From: Vulcanimicrobiota bacterium
Lineage (GTDB): Bacteria; Vulcanimicrobiota; Vulcanimicrobiia; Eremiobacterales; Eremiobacteraceae
NCBI GenBank assembly: GCA_963805945.1
Contig: CAWDVP010000005.1
Location: 19,012-83,011 of the forward strand
Direction of reading: 5' to 3'
Length of the DNA: 64,000 nucleotides
Part shown: in pieces, positions 22,248 through 33,121 of the stretch
Layout: each line of letters begins with the position of its first letter
Position numbering within the stretch: the first letter of the stretch is position 1
Program-made: the position numbers and the translations under genes
Notes under the pieces: generated by a model
Databases searched by the model: none
What the model saw: the letters and a program-made list of their open reading frames with translations, nothing else
Told to the model about the DNA's origin: nothing

Positions 22248-22648
22248 TTTTTCTTCTTCTTCTTCTTGGCGGGCTTGGCGAGAACGCTGAGCTCCCAACG
22301 ATAGCCGTCGGGGTCGAAGAACCACAACCCCATGTTCTTCGAGCCCTGCGCTTCGGGCCCGATCTCGTCGCCGGGGTCTTCCACCTTGACGCCTTTGCGC
22401 TTGAGCTCGGCGAGCGCGGCGCGCAGCGCCTTCATGTCCTTCAAGTGGAATGAGACGTGGTCGAGCACTTCCGGCCGCGGCGTGCCCTTGAGCAGCACGA
22501 TCGCCACATCGTCATTGCCGATGACGACGCCGCCGGGAAACGCGAAGTACTCCTTGAGGTTGAGGTTCTTCACCCACCAGCGCGCGCTTTTCTTGGGGTC
22601 GCGCACGCTGATGCCGAAGTGGCCGACGGTGCCGAGTCTTACGGGCAT
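22244..22648 (-). CDS. VOC family protein with poly-Lys tail
   Basis: GHFGISVRD, LDHVSF and FFDPDGYRWEL; ends KPAKKKKKKK. Confidence 0.82.
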   Translation of the reverse strand: MPVRLGTVGHFGISVRDPKKSARWWVKNLNLKEYFAFPGGVVIGNDDVAIVLLKGTPRPEVLDHVSFHLKDMKALRAALAELKRKGVKVEDPGDEIGPEAQGSKNMGLWFFDPDGYRWELSVLAKPAKKKKKKK

Positions 22649-22674
22649 AACGGTCTCCTAATCGTTGACGACGC

Positions 22675-23748
22675 CTAATGCGGGATTATCGGCGGCGGTG
22701 TCTTCACCTGTTGCGGCGGCATCGGCATCATATCCGACGCCTTGGGATGCACGCCTGGATCACTGCAGACCACAGCGCCGGCGTTATTGCCCGCGCACAC
22801 GCGGTAGAGAAGATTGGCGTTGGTGAAGGCCATGATGTTGACGGCCATATGGCCGCTGCTCCCGGACGGCAAGATGACGGTGTACGCACCGACTGCGGCC
22901 GGCAGTCGCGCGCCGACGTTGCTAAACCGCAGTGGGCTCACAAACGAGCTCTGGACTTGGAAGTAATCGGTGCCCTCGTCGCCTCGTGCCCAGCCGACGC
23001 TGACCTGCAGGTCCGACATACGAAGCGCATTGACCCACGCGGGCGCTTTCGGACCCGGACGAGTTCGTCCGATGGTGAGACTAACTGTGTTGGAAGCTCC
23101 TCGTGAGTCGTGCAACTGGACCGTATACACGCCCGGCTTGGATCTCAGGTCGTTGGGAACCCAAATATCCATGAAGCCATCACTGAACCAAGCCCTGCCG
23201 ATAAGGGCGCCTTCGCCGCCTATCGTCGCAGTCGTGTCGTCCGGCATGTCGGTCCCTCGGACTCGCACGAGGTAGTCGAATGTGCCCGTCAGACCGACGT
23301 CGCGTTGATTCGGGCTCACTGAGCTGAGCGTGGGAGGTCCACTCGGTAGTGCCATCAGCGGCACGGTGAAAATATTGCCCGGAACGCCGCGCAAGACGAC
23401 CTGAAATTCCAGTCCTCCGTACACGGTCTGTGAGAAGTTGACGCACTGTAACTCGGCGCGGAGCTCGCCCGACGTCCAGCCGGTCATGTTCGTGGGCGCG
23501 AATGAACCGCCGTTGTGCCGCACCATGATCCGGACGTCGGAGTTGATCGTGTAGCCGGTGGTGTCCGGCGCGATGAGACCGGAGCCGTACAGCGTCACGC
23601 TGCGCGAGGATGAATATGGGCCGAGGCACACATACAGGCTCTTCGGATCGATGGAGGTGATGTTCGGATTCGCAGCTACAGGCGCAAGCCCGGCGAGACA
23701 GCATAGGGCGACGAGCGCCACAGACAGGCATCGAGCGGAGGATGGCAT
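22675..23748 (-). CDS. Secreted protein with IPT/TIG-like and FN3-like domains
   Basis: Signal peptide; PNITSIDP and PTLSSVSP domain starts, PGVYTVQL..SNTV; PKAP..V.W..Y..YRVCAGN pattern. Confidence 0.6.
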   Translation of the reverse strand: MPSSARCLSVALVALCCLAGLAPVAANPNITSIDPKSLYVCLGPYSSSRSVTLYGSGLIAPDTTGYTINSDVRIMVRHNGGSFAPTNMTGWTSGELRAELQCVNFSQTVYGGLEFQVVLRGVPGNIFTVPLMALPSGPPTLSSVSPNQRDVGLTGTFDYLVRVRGTDMPDDTTATIGGEGALIGRAWFSDGFMDIWVPNDLRSKPGVYTVQLHDSRGASNTVSLTIGRTRPGPKAPAWVNALRMSDLQVSVGWARGDEGTDYFQVQSSFVSPLRFSNVGARLPAAVGAYTVILPSGSSGHMAVNIMAFTNANLLYRVCAGNNAGAVVCSDPGVHPKASDMMPMPPQQVKTPPPIIPH

Positions 23749-23768
23749 GGCGGGACGCTCCTCTGCGG

Positions 23769-24626
23769 CTAGTAGTCGACGGGACGCAGATAGAATTCGT
23801 TGATCGCGGTGGTCGAGAGCAGTGCGGTGGTTGCGAGGTGGCGCTTCCAGTGCGTCGAGTCCACGCGCCGCTTCACCAACTCGACTTCCGAGGCGGGATA
23901 GCCGGCCGCGATGATGTCCTCGACGCGATAGCCGCGTAAGAGGCGGTTGAGGATCTTGTCGGCGCGCGCGTAGGTGATGCCGAGGTCTTCTTCATCCGTC
24001 TGGCCGCGGATGAGATCGGCGGTCGCGGGTTTGTCGACGATCGCCGCCGGCACGCCGAGGTGCCGCGCGAGCGCCCACACCTGCGTCTTGAAGAGGTCGC
24101 CGATCGGGTTGATCGGCGGCGAGTCGTCGCCGTGCCAGGTGAAGTAGCCGAACATGCGCTCCGTCTTGTTGCCGGTGCCGATCGGCAGGCCGTCGATCTT
24201 GGCGGATTGGTCGAAGAGCACGATCATGCGCATGCGCGCCATGACGTTGCCGCGCCGCAGCGGCGAGGCGTCCGGTTCTTTGTTGAGATAGCCGTCGACC
24301 GCGTCGCTGATGTCTATGACGCGATCCTCGATGCCGGTGTCCTTGATGACGAGCGCGCCGTGTTCGAAGCTCTCGCTGCTCGATGTGCGATAGGGCATGC
24401 GTACGCCGAGCACGTGCTCGGGTCCCAGCGCGCGGGCGCACAAATATGCCACGACGGCGGAGTCCACGCCGCCCGACACGCCGACCACCGCGTTTTCGAT
24501 GCCGCGCCGGCGCACGAGTTCGTCGCGCAAGAAATCCACCAGCCAGCGCTCGGCGAGCGCGGGGTCGATGACGGGCGCGTCGTCGCTCTTCGGCGCGTGG
24601 ACGACGGCGAAACGTGCGGGGCTCAT
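23769..24626 (-). CDS. nadE: NAD+ synthetase (synthetase-only subunit)
   Basis: VGVSGGVDS, GNVMARMRM, GTGNKTE, GYFT.HGD, PIGDLFKTQV and GQTDEEDLG. Confidence 0.93.
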   Translation of the reverse strand: MSPARFAVVHAPKSDDAPVIDPALAERWLVDFLRDELVRRRGIENAVVGVSGGVDSAVVAYLCARALGPEHVLGVRMPYRTSSSESFEHGALVIKDTGIEDRVIDISDAVDGYLNKEPDASPLRRGNVMARMRMIVLFDQSAKIDGLPIGTGNKTERMFGYFTWHGDDSPPINPIGDLFKTQVWALARHLGVPAAIVDKPATADLIRGQTDEEDLGITYARADKILNRLLRGYRVEDIIAAGYPASEVELVKRRVDSTHWKRHLATTALLSTTAINEFYLRPVDY

Positions 24627-25630
24627 CGGCGTCTCTTGGCGGGTTTCTTGGTTTTGATGGCTTTCTTCGTCTTGGCGGCGCCCTTGATAGCGGCCGGCTT
24701 CTTCTTCGCCACGCCGTTGACGTGCGCGACGCGGCGCGTCGGCGTTTGGTAATCGAGCAGTGCGGGAATCAGCTCGGGCAGGTTGGCCTCGAGATCGCCG
24801 AGCGCGGGCAGCGCGGCGCGCGCCACCGCGACGTCTTCGAGATCGACTTGCGTGCGCACGATCGCGTTGCCGGAGAACGGCGCCTCGGCGCGCAGGTCGC
24901 CGAACGGCCCGACGAGGCGCGACGCGCCGGTGAAGCCTTTGCCGCCTTCGAAGCCTGTCAGTCCGGCGTAGGCGATGAACACGCCATGTTCGGCGGCGGC
25001 GACGCGGATGATCTCGCGCCACATGCGCACGTTGTCGGGTTCGAAATCTTCCATGCCGCGGCCGGGCGAGGCGCTGGGGATATAGATGATCTGCGCGCCG
25101 CGCAACGCGGCGACGGTGGTCGCGATCGAATGGCAGGCGTCCTCACAGATGAGGATCGACGCGCGGCCATGCGCGGTGTCGAAGACGTCGACGCTGCGGC
25201 CGCGCGAGACGAAGCGCTCCTCGTCGAAGACGCCGTAGGTCGGGAGAAACAACTTGCGATGGACGTGGCGGATGCGCGGCTCGCTGCCGAGGGTCGCGTA
25301 GAGCGCGCTGTTGTAGAGCGTGTCCTCGGCGTCTCGCTCGTAGAAGCCGAGCACGATGTCGATGTTCGTCTTCTTCGGCAGCTGCGGCTTGGCGAGCTGC
25401 TGCAGGCGTTTGAGCGCCTCGCGTGCGGTGAGGCTGACGTCGCGGACGCCGCCTTCGACGAAGTAGCCCGATAGTGAGGCTTCCGGGAAGACGACCACAT
25501 CCGGCATGCCGCCGCGATCCGCTGCCAGGGCTTGGAGCGCCTCGCCGACGGCGCGCAGATTCGCCTCGACGTCGCCCTTGCGCGGGGCGAACTGGACGAG
25601 CGCGAGCTCGAATTTCTTTGAGCGCGGCAT
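24623..25630 (-). CDS. Carbon-nitrogen hydrolase, probable glutaminase subunit of NAD synthetase
   Basis: E-K-C triad in FPEASLSGY, HRKLFLPTYGVFDEERF and ICED. ATGA overlap with nadE. Confidence 0.85.
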   Translation of the reverse strand: MPRSKKFELALVQFAPRKGDVEANLRAVGEALQALAADRGGMPDVVVFPEASLSGYFVEGGVRDVSLTAREALKRLQQLAKPQLPKKTNIDIVLGFYERDAEDTLYNSALYATLGSEPRIRHVHRKLFLPTYGVFDEERFVSRGRSVDVFDTAHGRASILICEDACHSIATTVAALRGAQIIYIPSASPGRGMEDFEPDNVRMWREIIRVAAAEHGVFIAYAGLTGFEGGKGFTGASRLVGPFGDLRAEAPFSGNAIVRTQVDLEDVAVARAALPALGDLEANLPELIPALLDYQTPTRRVAHVNGVAKKKPAAIKGAAKTKKAIKTKKPAKRRR

Positions 25631-25802
25631 GTTGTGACGATGCTTCGCGCTTCGCGTGCGGGTGCCCCGCGGCGCCGAGGGGAAGGAACTTCCGTCGCTG
25701 CGGGTTCGTTATCGTACCGTGGTGGCAAGGCCAATGTAGGGGCGCATCTTTAGGTGCGCCCAAGGCACCATCCGCGGATGGTCGCAAGGGGGCAAAGGGC
25801 GC

Positions 25803-26816
25803 ATGAGAATCGGCAAAGGGACTCTGTTCGGACTGTTGATCGCGGGGCCAGTGTTGTGGCTCGCGGCCACGTCCGCCGGCGCTGTGCCGGGCCGCGCTAT
25901 CGACATCGGGCCGATCGCCCTCGGCTCTCCGACGGCGACGCCTAGTTCGACCCCCACACCCACGCCGACCCCAACGCCGACGCCGCACCCGACGCCCACG
26001 CCGACGCCAGTGGCGACACCTACTCCGACCCCGTCGCCGACCGCGCCGCCCACTGCTCCGCCGACCGCATCGCCGACACCCACCCCGACGCCGGCCCCGA
26101 CGGCACCACCCACTCCGACGCCGACGCCTGCGCCGACCCTGCATCCGCGCACCGCGCCCTCAACGCCGACGCCCACGCCGTCACCGACACCGCCGCCAAC
26201 GCCGACGCCGCCAAGCGGCGCGCAACGCGTGGTGCTCCAGCCGCCGATGAATTCGCTCAACAAGAGCTACGTCAATTCGGCGTGCCAGCAGAACGAATCG
26301 GTGACCACGTTGCAGCCTTCGTTCGGCGAACAGCTCGTCGGGTGGCTGACCTCAGGCACGCCGCGCTGCGGCACCGTGTACCGTGCCGCCGTCTGGTTCC
26401 GCGATATCCCGATGAAGGTGACCGTCGAGCAGGCGATCCTCACGTTCTACGTCTCGCGCAGCTCCTCGAGCTCGCAAGGCCATCCGCTGAGCGGCAACGT
26501 GTCGTGCGCGGCGCAACTGCAAGTCGCCAGCGCGATGTGGATGAACAATCCGAACAGTCCGACGGCGTTGTTCGGCACACCGTATCAGACGTTCCCCGCG
26601 GACCAGCCCGGCGATACCGAGCGCTTGGGTCCGTTCTCGATCAGCAACGGCATGTTCGTCGCGATCGACGTGACGCAAGCCGTGCAGCAATGGTCCAACG
26701 GCGCGCGCCCGAACTACGGCTTCGTGCTCGTGCCCGATCACGCCGATTTCTCGGCCACGCAGGGGCGCTGCATGAGCCTGTACCGGGGCTTCACGCTGAC
26801 CGTCGACTCGAAGTAG
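25803..26816 (+). CDS. Secreted Pro/Thr-stalk protein with C-terminal DNRLRE/CBM96-like domain
   Basis: Signal peptide, about 95-aa PT linker, VEQAILTFY and [10 protein letters not shown]...NYGFVL. Confidence 0.65.
   Translation: MRIGKGTLFGLLIAGPVLWLAATSAGAVPGRAIDIGPIALGSPTATPSSTPTPTPTPTPTPHPTPTPTPVATPTPTPSPTAPPTAPPTASPTPTPTPAPTAPPTPTPTPAPTLHPRTAPSTPTPTPSPTPPPTPTPPSGAQRVVLQPPMNSLNKSYVNSACQQNESVTTLQPSFGEQLVGWLTSGTPRCGTVYRAAVWFRDIPMKVTVEQAILTFYVSRSSSSSQGHPLSGNVSCAAQLQVASAMWMNNPNSPTALFGTPYQTFPADQPGDTERLGPFSISNGMFVAIDVTQAVQQWSNGARPNYGFVLVPDHADFSATQGRCMSLYRGFTLTVDSK
25925..26215 (+). repeat. Pro-Thr low-complexity coding repeat
   Basis: acgccg/acccca iterations encoding (TP)n. Confidence 0.85.
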
Positions 26817-26969
26817 CAGCCGACTCTTCCCGGGCTTTTCGTCCCGCTTTTTGGCGCCTTCAGGCTATCCCCCGACGGGGATGGCCTGGGGACGGTTTGT
26901 GGGGAAAACGGCTGGATTGCCCATGTGGTGGGGCTTTGCCATTGTACGAACGGCCGTTCGAAAATTCTC

Positions 26970-26998
26970 TTGAAATGACCACATTTACGCTATATAAT
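26970..26998 (+). promoter_or_regulatory. Sigma70-type promoter of nrdJ
   Basis: TTGAAA (26970-75), 17-bp spacer, TATAAT (26993-98). Confidence 0.75.
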
Positions 26999-27034
26999 GG
27001 GGTCCATTAGGGCGTCTACCACTATAGGTAGGCC
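26987..27034. promoter_or_regulatory. Tandem NrdR boxes
   Basis: acgCTATATAATGggg (26987-27002) and ccaCTATAGGTAGgcc (27019-27034) resemble acaCwAtATaTwGtgt. They start 32 bp apart, the first overlaps the -10, and they lie upstream of an RNR gene. Confidence 0.7.
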
Positions 27035-27130
27035 CGGACAGGCGTTCGTCGAACTATTGTGCGCTAGTCTGCAGACTAGCCGATTCTGAGTCTCCGCGCG
27101 AGCCTAGAGAGAGAAAGGACACCTACTTCC

Positions 27131-30100
27131 ATGAAGATCCAGCGTCGCTTCACCCAACCCGGCGTCGACCCGCTCGACACCATCGAATGGGATCACCGCT
27201 CTTCCGTCATCCGCGAACCAGACGGCACCGTGGTCTTCGAGATGCACGACATGGAAGTGCCCAAGAGCTGGTCGCAAGTCGCGTCGGACATCTTGGCGCA
27301 GAAGTATTTCCGCAGGGCCGGAGTACCGAAGCCCGATGGCACGGTCGGTGGGGAGACCTCAGCACGCCAGGTGATGCGCCGGCTCGCAGGCTGTTGGACC
27401 GATTGGGGACGCCGCTACAAGTATTTCGACACCGAGGAAGACGCCGCCGCGTTCGATGCCGAGATCACGCACATGCTGATCAATCAGATGGCAGCGCCGA
27501 ACTCGCCGCAATGGTTCAACACGGGGCTCGCGTACGCATATGGCATCACGGGGCCGGCGCAAGGCCATTATTTCGTCGATCCGGACACGCAAGAATTGAC
27601 GCGCGCGAAAGATTCGTACACGCATCCGCAGCCCCATGCGTGCTTCATCCAATCCGTTGATGACGATCTCGTCAACGATAATGGCATCATGGACTTGTGG
27701 GTCCGCGAAGCGCGTCTGTTCAAATATGGTTCAGGAACGGGCACCAACTTCTCGAACCTGCGCGCCGAGGGCGAGAAGCTTGCCGGAGGCGGCACGTCGA
27801 GCGGCCTGATGTCTTTTTTGCGTGTCGGCGACCGCGCGGCTGGTGCCATCAAGAGCGGCGGCACGACGCGCCGCGCGGCGAAGATGGTCATCTTGGACAT
27901 GGACCATCCGGACATCGAGAAGTTCATCAATTGGAAGGTCGAGGAAGAGAAAAAGGTAGCCGCACTGATCGCGGCCGGCTATGCGAGCTCGTACGAGGGC
28001 GAAGCATACCAGACCGTCTCCGGCCAGAACTCCAATAATTCCGTGCGCGTGCCGGATAGATTTATCGACGCCGTGCGCAAGGACGGCCCGTGGGATCTGA
28101 TATGGCGTCGCGACAAGTCTGTAGCACGTACGGTGCGTGCGCGCGATCTGTGGGATCAGATCGCCCGCGCCGCATGGAGCTGCGCCGATCCGGGCGTCCA
28201 GTACGACGACATCATCAACTCGTGGCACACCTGCCCGGCCGGCGGCCGCATCCGCGCGACAAATCCGTGCTCCGAATATGTCTTCCTTGATGACACAGCG
28301 TGTTTCGCTCCCGAGACGAAGATAAGCACGTTTGATGGGGCCCACGAGATTGAGAGACTTTACAAGAAGCAGCAGAGCGGAGAGCCTATTTTCGTGAGGA
28401 CCGCCATCAAGGCAGAACACGATGACACTCGAGATTCGACGAAAGTGCGGCCTGCGCTCATAACCAAGATCGGTGAGAAGCCTGTCTTCCGGATGACCCT
28501 AGGTAACGGTCGCTCGATTCGTGTCACAGCCGACCACAAGTTCTTGACCGAAAAACGGGGTTGGCAGAGGCTGGATCAATTGGCGATCGGTCACGACAGG
28601 GTTCAGACCGCCTCTGTCAGTGGATTGGAGTTACGTGAGCCGGTGCTGACGGCATCAGGGACGCCTGGTCCGCTGGCGCGTGGCGTAGAGCTCGATCGCA
28701 AATTGGCAGAGATCTTGCGCACTGACTATACATCGGCCTTGGTTAACGAAATCGTGCCGGCAGGTGTGGCGTGCGTCTACGATGTCACCGAGCCTGAAAC
28801 GCACTCAGTGATCGCCGAAGGCATGATCGCGCACAATTGCAACTTGGCGTCGATCAACCTCATGAAGTTCTACGACGCCGAGAAGAACCAAGTCGACGTC
28901 GAGAGCTACCTGCACGCGACGCGTCTCTGGACGATCGTACTCGAGATCTCTGTCCTCATGGCGCAGTTCCCGAGCCCGCAGATCGCGCGCAAGTCCTATG
29001 AATACCGCACGCTGGGCTTGGGCTATGCCAACCTCGGCACGCTGCTCATGGTCTCCGGCATCCCCTACGACTCGCCGCGCGCGCTCGCGGTGACGGGCGC
29101 CCTCTCTGCGATTCTCACCGGCGAATCGTACGCGACGTCGGCGGAGATGGCGCGCGACCTCGGCCCGTTCCCGCGCTTCAAGGACAACGCCGACGCGATG
29201 CTGCGCGTCATGCGCAATCACCGTCGCGCCGCGTACAACGCCATCGCCGCCGAGTACGAGGAACTCTCGGTGGTCCCGATGGGCATCGACCCGTCGCTGT
29301 GCCCGCCGTATCTTCTCGCCGCGGCTCGCGAGTCATGGGATAACGCCGTCGCGCTCGGCGAGCAGCACGGCTATCGCAACGCTCAAGCCACTTGTATCGC
29401 GCCGACCGGAACCATAGGTTTGGTCATGTCGTGCGACACGACCGGCATCGAGCCCGACTTCGCGCTCGTGAAGTTCAAGAAGCTCGCCGGGGGCGGCTAC
29501 ATGAAGATCATGAACGAGTCCATCCCGTTGGCGCTCAAGAACCTCGACTACACGCAGGCGCAGATCGACGACATCGTGCGCTACGCGAAAGGCTCCGGCT
29601 CGCTCTACGGCGCGCCGTACGTCAATGCCGAGACCCTCAAGGCGCACGGTTTCAACGACGACGACATCGCCAAGATCGAGAAGGCGTTGCCGGCCGCGTT
29701 CGAGATCGGCTTCGCGTTCAACCAGTACACGTTGGGCGAGCCGACGATGCAGCGCCTCGGCCTCACCTCCGAGCAGTACAACGATGCCGACTTCGAGCTG
29801 CTGCGCACGCTCGGCTTCTCGCGTGAGGAGATCGAGACCGCCAACAACTACATCTGCGGCACCATGACCATCGAGGGCGCGCCTCATCTCAAGGAAGAGC
29901 ACTACGCCGTCTTCGACTGTGCCAACAAGTGCGGCAAGCTCGGCCGGCGCTTTATCCACCACATGGGCCACGTCCGCATGATGGCGAGCGCGCAGCCGTT
30001 CATCAGCGGCGCGATCAGCAAGACCATCAACATGCCCAACGAGGCCACGGTCGACGAGATCAAAGAAGCCTACATGCGCTCGTGGGAGCTCGGGCTCAAG

Positions 30101-31069
30101 GCGATCGCGTTGTATCGCGACGGCTCCAAGCTCTCGCAGCCGCTCTCGAACAAGAGTTCCGACAAGACCGCGCAAGACGACGACAAACAGCTCGCGCTAT
30201 CGGAGGAGTTCGCCAAGCAACTGGAAGCGGCGCGTAAGCAGCGCGCCGAAGAGCTGCGGCCGGACGAGATCCTCGCTGCCGCACAGCGCATCCTCGCCAA
30301 CGCCACCTCGACCGACTTCAAGCGGCAGTTCGCCAAAGCGATCGAGCGCAACCGGCTGCCGGCGAAGCGTCGCGGCTGGACGCAGAAAGCGAAGATCTCC
30401 GGCCACACGGTCTTCCTGCGCACCGGCGAGTACGCGGACGGCACGTTGGGCGAGATCTTCGTCGATCTGCACAAAGAAGGCGCGTCGTTCCGAAGCCTTA
30501 TGAATTGCTTTGCTATAGCGGTGTCCATCGGATTGCAGTACGGCGTGCCGCTCGAGGAGTTCGTCGACAAGTTCGTGTTCACGCGCTTCGAGCCGAACGG
30601 CTTCGTCGATCATCCGAACATCAAGCATGTCACGAGCGTCATCGACTACATCTTCCGCGTGCTCGGCATGGAGTATCTCGGCCGCACCGACTTCGTGCAG
30701 GTCAAGCCGGAAGATCGCGACGTCGACGCCACCAATCACGACGAGATCGCGCAAGCGGAGTTCGATGCACGGGTCGCCGCGCTGCAAGCCACCGAGGACA
30801 CGGCGGAAAACCACGTCGCGGCCGAACCGCCGCGTCGCACTCCCGGCGGCAAGAACGGCAATGGCTCCGGCCCAGCCGCGAAGGCCGCTTACGCGCTACC
30901 CGCCGACACCGAGCTCGCCGCACACGTGGCGGCTGCCCGATCGCGCGAGGCGCAGATGGCATCAATGATGGGCGACGCGCCGCTCTGCGACGTGTGCGGC
31001 GCGATCACGCGGCGCAACGGCGCGTGCTACGTGTGCGACAGCTGCGGTCGCAGCATGGGCTGCTCCTAA
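27131..31069 (+). CDS. nrdJ: Class II (B12-dependent) ribonucleotide reductase with intein and C-terminal TSCPD/Zn-ribbon region
   Basis: [57 protein letters not shown] and C-terminal [20 protein letters not shown]. Confidence 0.95.
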   Translation: MKIQRRFTQPGVDPLDTIEWDHRSSVIREPDGTVVFEMHDMEVPKSWSQVASDILAQKYFRRAGVPKPDGTVGGETSARQVMRRLAGCWTDWGRRYKYFDTEEDAAAFDAEITHMLINQMAAPNSPQWFNTGLAYAYGITGPAQGHYFVDPDTQELTRAKDSYTHPQPHACFIQSVDDDLVNDNGIMDLWVREARLFKYGSGTGTNFSNLRAEGEKLAGGGTSSGLMSFLRVGDRAAGAIKSGGTTRRAAKMVILDMDHPDIEKFINWKVEEEKKVAALIAAGYASSYEGEAYQTVSGQNSNNSVRVPDRFIDAVRKDGPWDLIWRRDKSVARTVRARDLWDQIARAAWSCADPGVQYDDIINSWHTCPAGGRIRATNPCSEYVFLDDTACFAPETKISTFDGAHEIERLYKKQQSGEPIFVRTAIKAEHDDTRDSTKVRPALITKIGEKPVFRMTLGNGRSIRVTADHKFLTEKRGWQRLDQLAIGHDRVQTASVSGLELREPVLTASGTPGPLARGVELDRKLAEILRTDYTSALVNEIVPAGVACVYDVTEPETHSVIAEGMIAHNCNLASINLMKFYDAEKNQVDVESYLHATRLWTIVLEISVLMAQFPSPQIARKSYEYRTLGLGYANLGTLLMVSGIPYDSPRALAVTGALSAILTGESYATSAEMARDLGPFPRFKDNADAMLRVMRNHRRAAYNAIAAEYEELSVVPMGIDPSLCPPYLLAAARESWDNAVALGEQHGYRNAQATCIAPTGTIGLVMSCDTTGIEPDFALVKFKKLAGGGYMKIMNESIPLALKNLDYTQAQIDDIVRYAKGSGSLYGAPYVNAETLKAHGFNDDDIAKIEKALPAAFEIGFAFNQYTLGEPTMQRLGLTSEQYNDADFELLRTLGFSREEIETANNYICGTMTIEGAPHLKEEHYAVFDCANKCGKLGRRFIHHMGHVRMMASAQPFISGAISKTINMPNEATVDEIKEAYMRSWELGLKAIALYRDGSKLSQPLSNKSSDKTAQDDDKQLALSEEFAKQLEAARKQRAEELRPDEILAAAQRILANATSTDFKRQFAKAIERNRLPAKRRGWTQKAKISGHTVFLRTGEYADGTLGEIFVDLHKEGASFRSLMNCFAIAVSIGLQYGVPLEEFVDKFVFTRFEPNGFVDHPNIKHVTSVIDYIFRVLGMEYLGRTDFVQVKPEDRDVDATNHDEIAQAEFDARVAALQATEDTAENHVAAEPPRRTPGGKNGNGSGPAAKAAYALPADTELAAHVAAARSREAQMASMMGDAPLCDVCGAITRRNGACYVCDSCGRSMGCS
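28301..28837 (+). mobile_element. Mini-intein (179 aa, Hint domain, no obvious homing endonuclease)
   Basis: Starts CFAPET (block A), VTADHKF (block B), VYDVTE (block F), ends IAHN followed by Cys+1. It interrupts DDTA|CNLAS. Codon usage differs from the flanks. Confidence 0.92.
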
Positions 31070-31084
31070 GAGTCCAGGAACATG

Positions 31085-31121
31085 GGCGACGGCGTGAAAC
31101 CCGCCGTCGCCTTTTTCTTTT
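31085..31121 (+). terminator. Rho-independent terminator of nrdJ
   Basis: ggcgacggcg-tgaaacc-cgccgtcgcc perfect 10-bp stem followed by tttttctttt. Confidence 0.85.
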
Positions 31122-31172
31122 CAAGCGCTTTCAGCAGGAAGAAGCAGGCCGTGCCAAGGAGGGCCACAACCC

Positions 31173-31946
31173 TTGTTCACTTCTGCTGATTCCTACGAAC
31201 GCTTCATGGGCCGCTGGAGCCGCCTGCTCGCGCCGCAATTCGTCGAGTTCGCAGGCGTGGCCGACGGCCAGGACGTTCTCGACGTCGGCTGCGGCACCGG
31301 TTCGCTTTCTCAAGCGATCCTCGACGCGGCACCGAATGCGCGCATCAGCGGCATCGATCCGGCACCCGCTTTCATCGCCTTCGCGACGGAACACGTGCCC
31401 GGCGCTCGCTTCGAGGTCGGTGACGCGCAGCATCTGCCCTACGGCGCCCACGTCTTCGACGCCGCGCTCGCACTCCTGGTCTTCAATTTCTTCGACGATC
31501 CCAAGAAGGCGCTGCTCGAGATGCGCCGGGTGACGCGCCCGGGCGGTTGCATCGCCGCGGTGGTATGGGACCACGTCGCGGGCATGCCCATGCTGCGCAC
31601 ATGTTGGGAAGCGGCCGAAACGATCGACCCGAGCTTGCGCGATTCCGAACAAGAGCCCCAGCCGACACTCGACGTGGACAAGATGGAAGCATTGTGGACC
31701 GGCGCGGATCTGCGCGAAGTCAAACGCAGCGCACTGACCATCACCATGCGCTTCGCCGCGTTCGACGATTTCTGGCTGCCCTTCACGCAAGGCCAGGGAC
31801 CCGCCGGCGCATACGTCCGCAGCCTAACGCCCGAGCTCCACTACAAGCTCCAGACCGAGCTGCGCTCGCGCATCCTCAAAGGCGGTGACGACGGACCCTT
31901 CGCGCTGGACGCGCGTGCCTGGGCCGTGCGCGGATTGGCGCCCTAA
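31173..31946 (+). CDS. Class I SAM-dependent methyltransferase
   Basis: YERFMGRWS, VLDVGCGTG, GDAQHLP and EMRRVTRPGG. Confidence 0.9.
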   Translation: MFTSADSYERFMGRWSRLLAPQFVEFAGVADGQDVLDVGCGTGSLSQAILDAAPNARISGIDPAPAFIAFATEHVPGARFEVGDAQHLPYGAHVFDAALALLVFNFFDDPKKALLEMRRVTRPGGCIAAVVWDHVAGMPMLRTCWEAAETIDPSLRDSEQEPQPTLDVDKMEALWTGADLREVKRSALTITMRFAAFDDFWLPFTQGQGPAGAYVRSLTPELHYKLQTELRSRILKGGDDGPFALDARAWAVRGLAP

Positions 31947-32006
31947 GACCCGAGCTTCGCTCTGGCACTACAGCGGTCGAATAAATTCGACCGCTACATC
32001 ACCGCG

Positions 32007-32435
32007 CTACTTCTTCAGCGTCGCCGAGAGCGTGATCGGCACAGCCGACAACGCGACCGACACCGGACAACCCTTCTTGGCGTCCTCGGCGATGGTCTTG
32101 AACTGCTCCTCGCTCACGCCGGGCACGACCGCTTCCATCACCAGATCGATGCGCGCGATCCGGAAACCGGCCGGCGTCGACTCCAGGTTGACGCTCGCGG
32201 TCGTCGCCACGCTCGTCGGCGGGAACCCGGCGCGCGTCAGCGCGCCCGACGTCGCCATGCTGAAACACCCCGCGTGTGCGGCGGCGATCAGCTCTTCGGG
32301 ATTCGTCCCCTTGCCCTCGCCGAAGCGCGAATCGAACGAATACGCGCCGTCGAAGGCGCCTCCGCCGAAGCGCATGTGACCATGGCCGCCCTTGAGATCG
32401 CCTTCCCAGCGAGCATCAGCTTTTCGTACGGGCAT
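32007..32435 (-). CDS. osmC: OsmC family peroxiredoxin
   Basis: A.WEG.L..G.G, SRF..G.GTNPEELIAAAHAGCF and AKKGCPVS. RBS GGAGG. Confidence 0.9.
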   Translation of the reverse strand: MPVRKADARWEGDLKGGHGHMRFGGGAFDGAYSFDSRFGEGKGTNPEELIAAAHAGCFSMATSGALTRAGFPPTSVATTASVNLESTPAGFRIARIDLVMEAVVPGVSEEQFKTIAEDAKKGCPVSVALSAVPITLSATLKK

Positions 32436-32436
32436 A

Positions 32437-33120
32437 TCAACCTCCAGATGTGGTGCTCGCCGCATCGCGCCACACGTAGCGCTCGTCGACGAAGAAATCC
32501 CCCTTGGGGAAATGGACCACCGCGCTGCGCGACACCGGCAGACCTGTCACCGTCGAGATGAACAGCGTCTCCTCGGCCGCCTTCTTCTGCGGCGTCCAGT
32601 CGATGATATATGAGATGCCGACCGTGCCGGCGTCAGGTGCCTTCGCCCAGGTGAAATCATGTGCAATCACGGCCGTGCGCGGCGAAGACTCCGGCAAATC
32701 GCCGGTGATCAGAGACGAGGCATCGTGCATGAAGCCCAGCCGGAAGAGCAAGAACGTGACGCTGTCGGCCAGCGCTTTTGGCGCGGGCTGCGACGTCAGC
32801 TTCGCGGTGTTCAACGTGAGCCCGGACGGCGTCGCGCGCAAGATCGCATTGCCTTGCTGTCCGTTGAACGTCCCAAGCACATGTATCGCCGTCACCGCGG
32901 CCGAGAGCTTCAGATCGGCATGCAGGTCGGCGCTGATGAGGCCATGCGCCTTACCCGTCCAGTCGCCATCCCATCGGCCGAGCGCGGTGAAGCGGTCTTC
33001 AGCCGCTTGATAGTACTGCGCCGGCGTTTGGCCGGCGGCGGGCGCGAACGGCTGATCCGAGGTTGCCGGCGACGCAGGCGCGGTCGCGACCAGCATCGCG
33101 ACCAGGGCGGCGAGATTCAC
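32437..33120 (-). CDS. Exported hypothetical protein
   Basis: Hydrophobic N-terminus, coding-like composition, tightly packed between co-oriented genes. Confidence 0.55.
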   Translation of the reverse strand: MNLAALVAMLVATAPASPATSDQPFAPAAGQTPAQYYQAAEDRFTALGRWDGDWTGKAHGLISADLHADLKLSAAVTAIHVLGTFNGQQGNAILRATPSGLTLNTAKLTSQPAPKALADSVTFLLFRLGFMHDASSLITGDLPESSPRTAVIAHDFTWAKAPDAGTVGISYIIDWTPQKKAAEETLFISTVTGLPVSRSAVVHFPKGDFFVDERYVWRDAASTTSGG

Positions 33121-33121
33121 A

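Noticed and set aside
27000..27130. Cobalamin riboswitch in the nrdJ leader
   Set aside because: No B12-box or other conserved cobalamin riboswitch elements recognised, and the leader is short.
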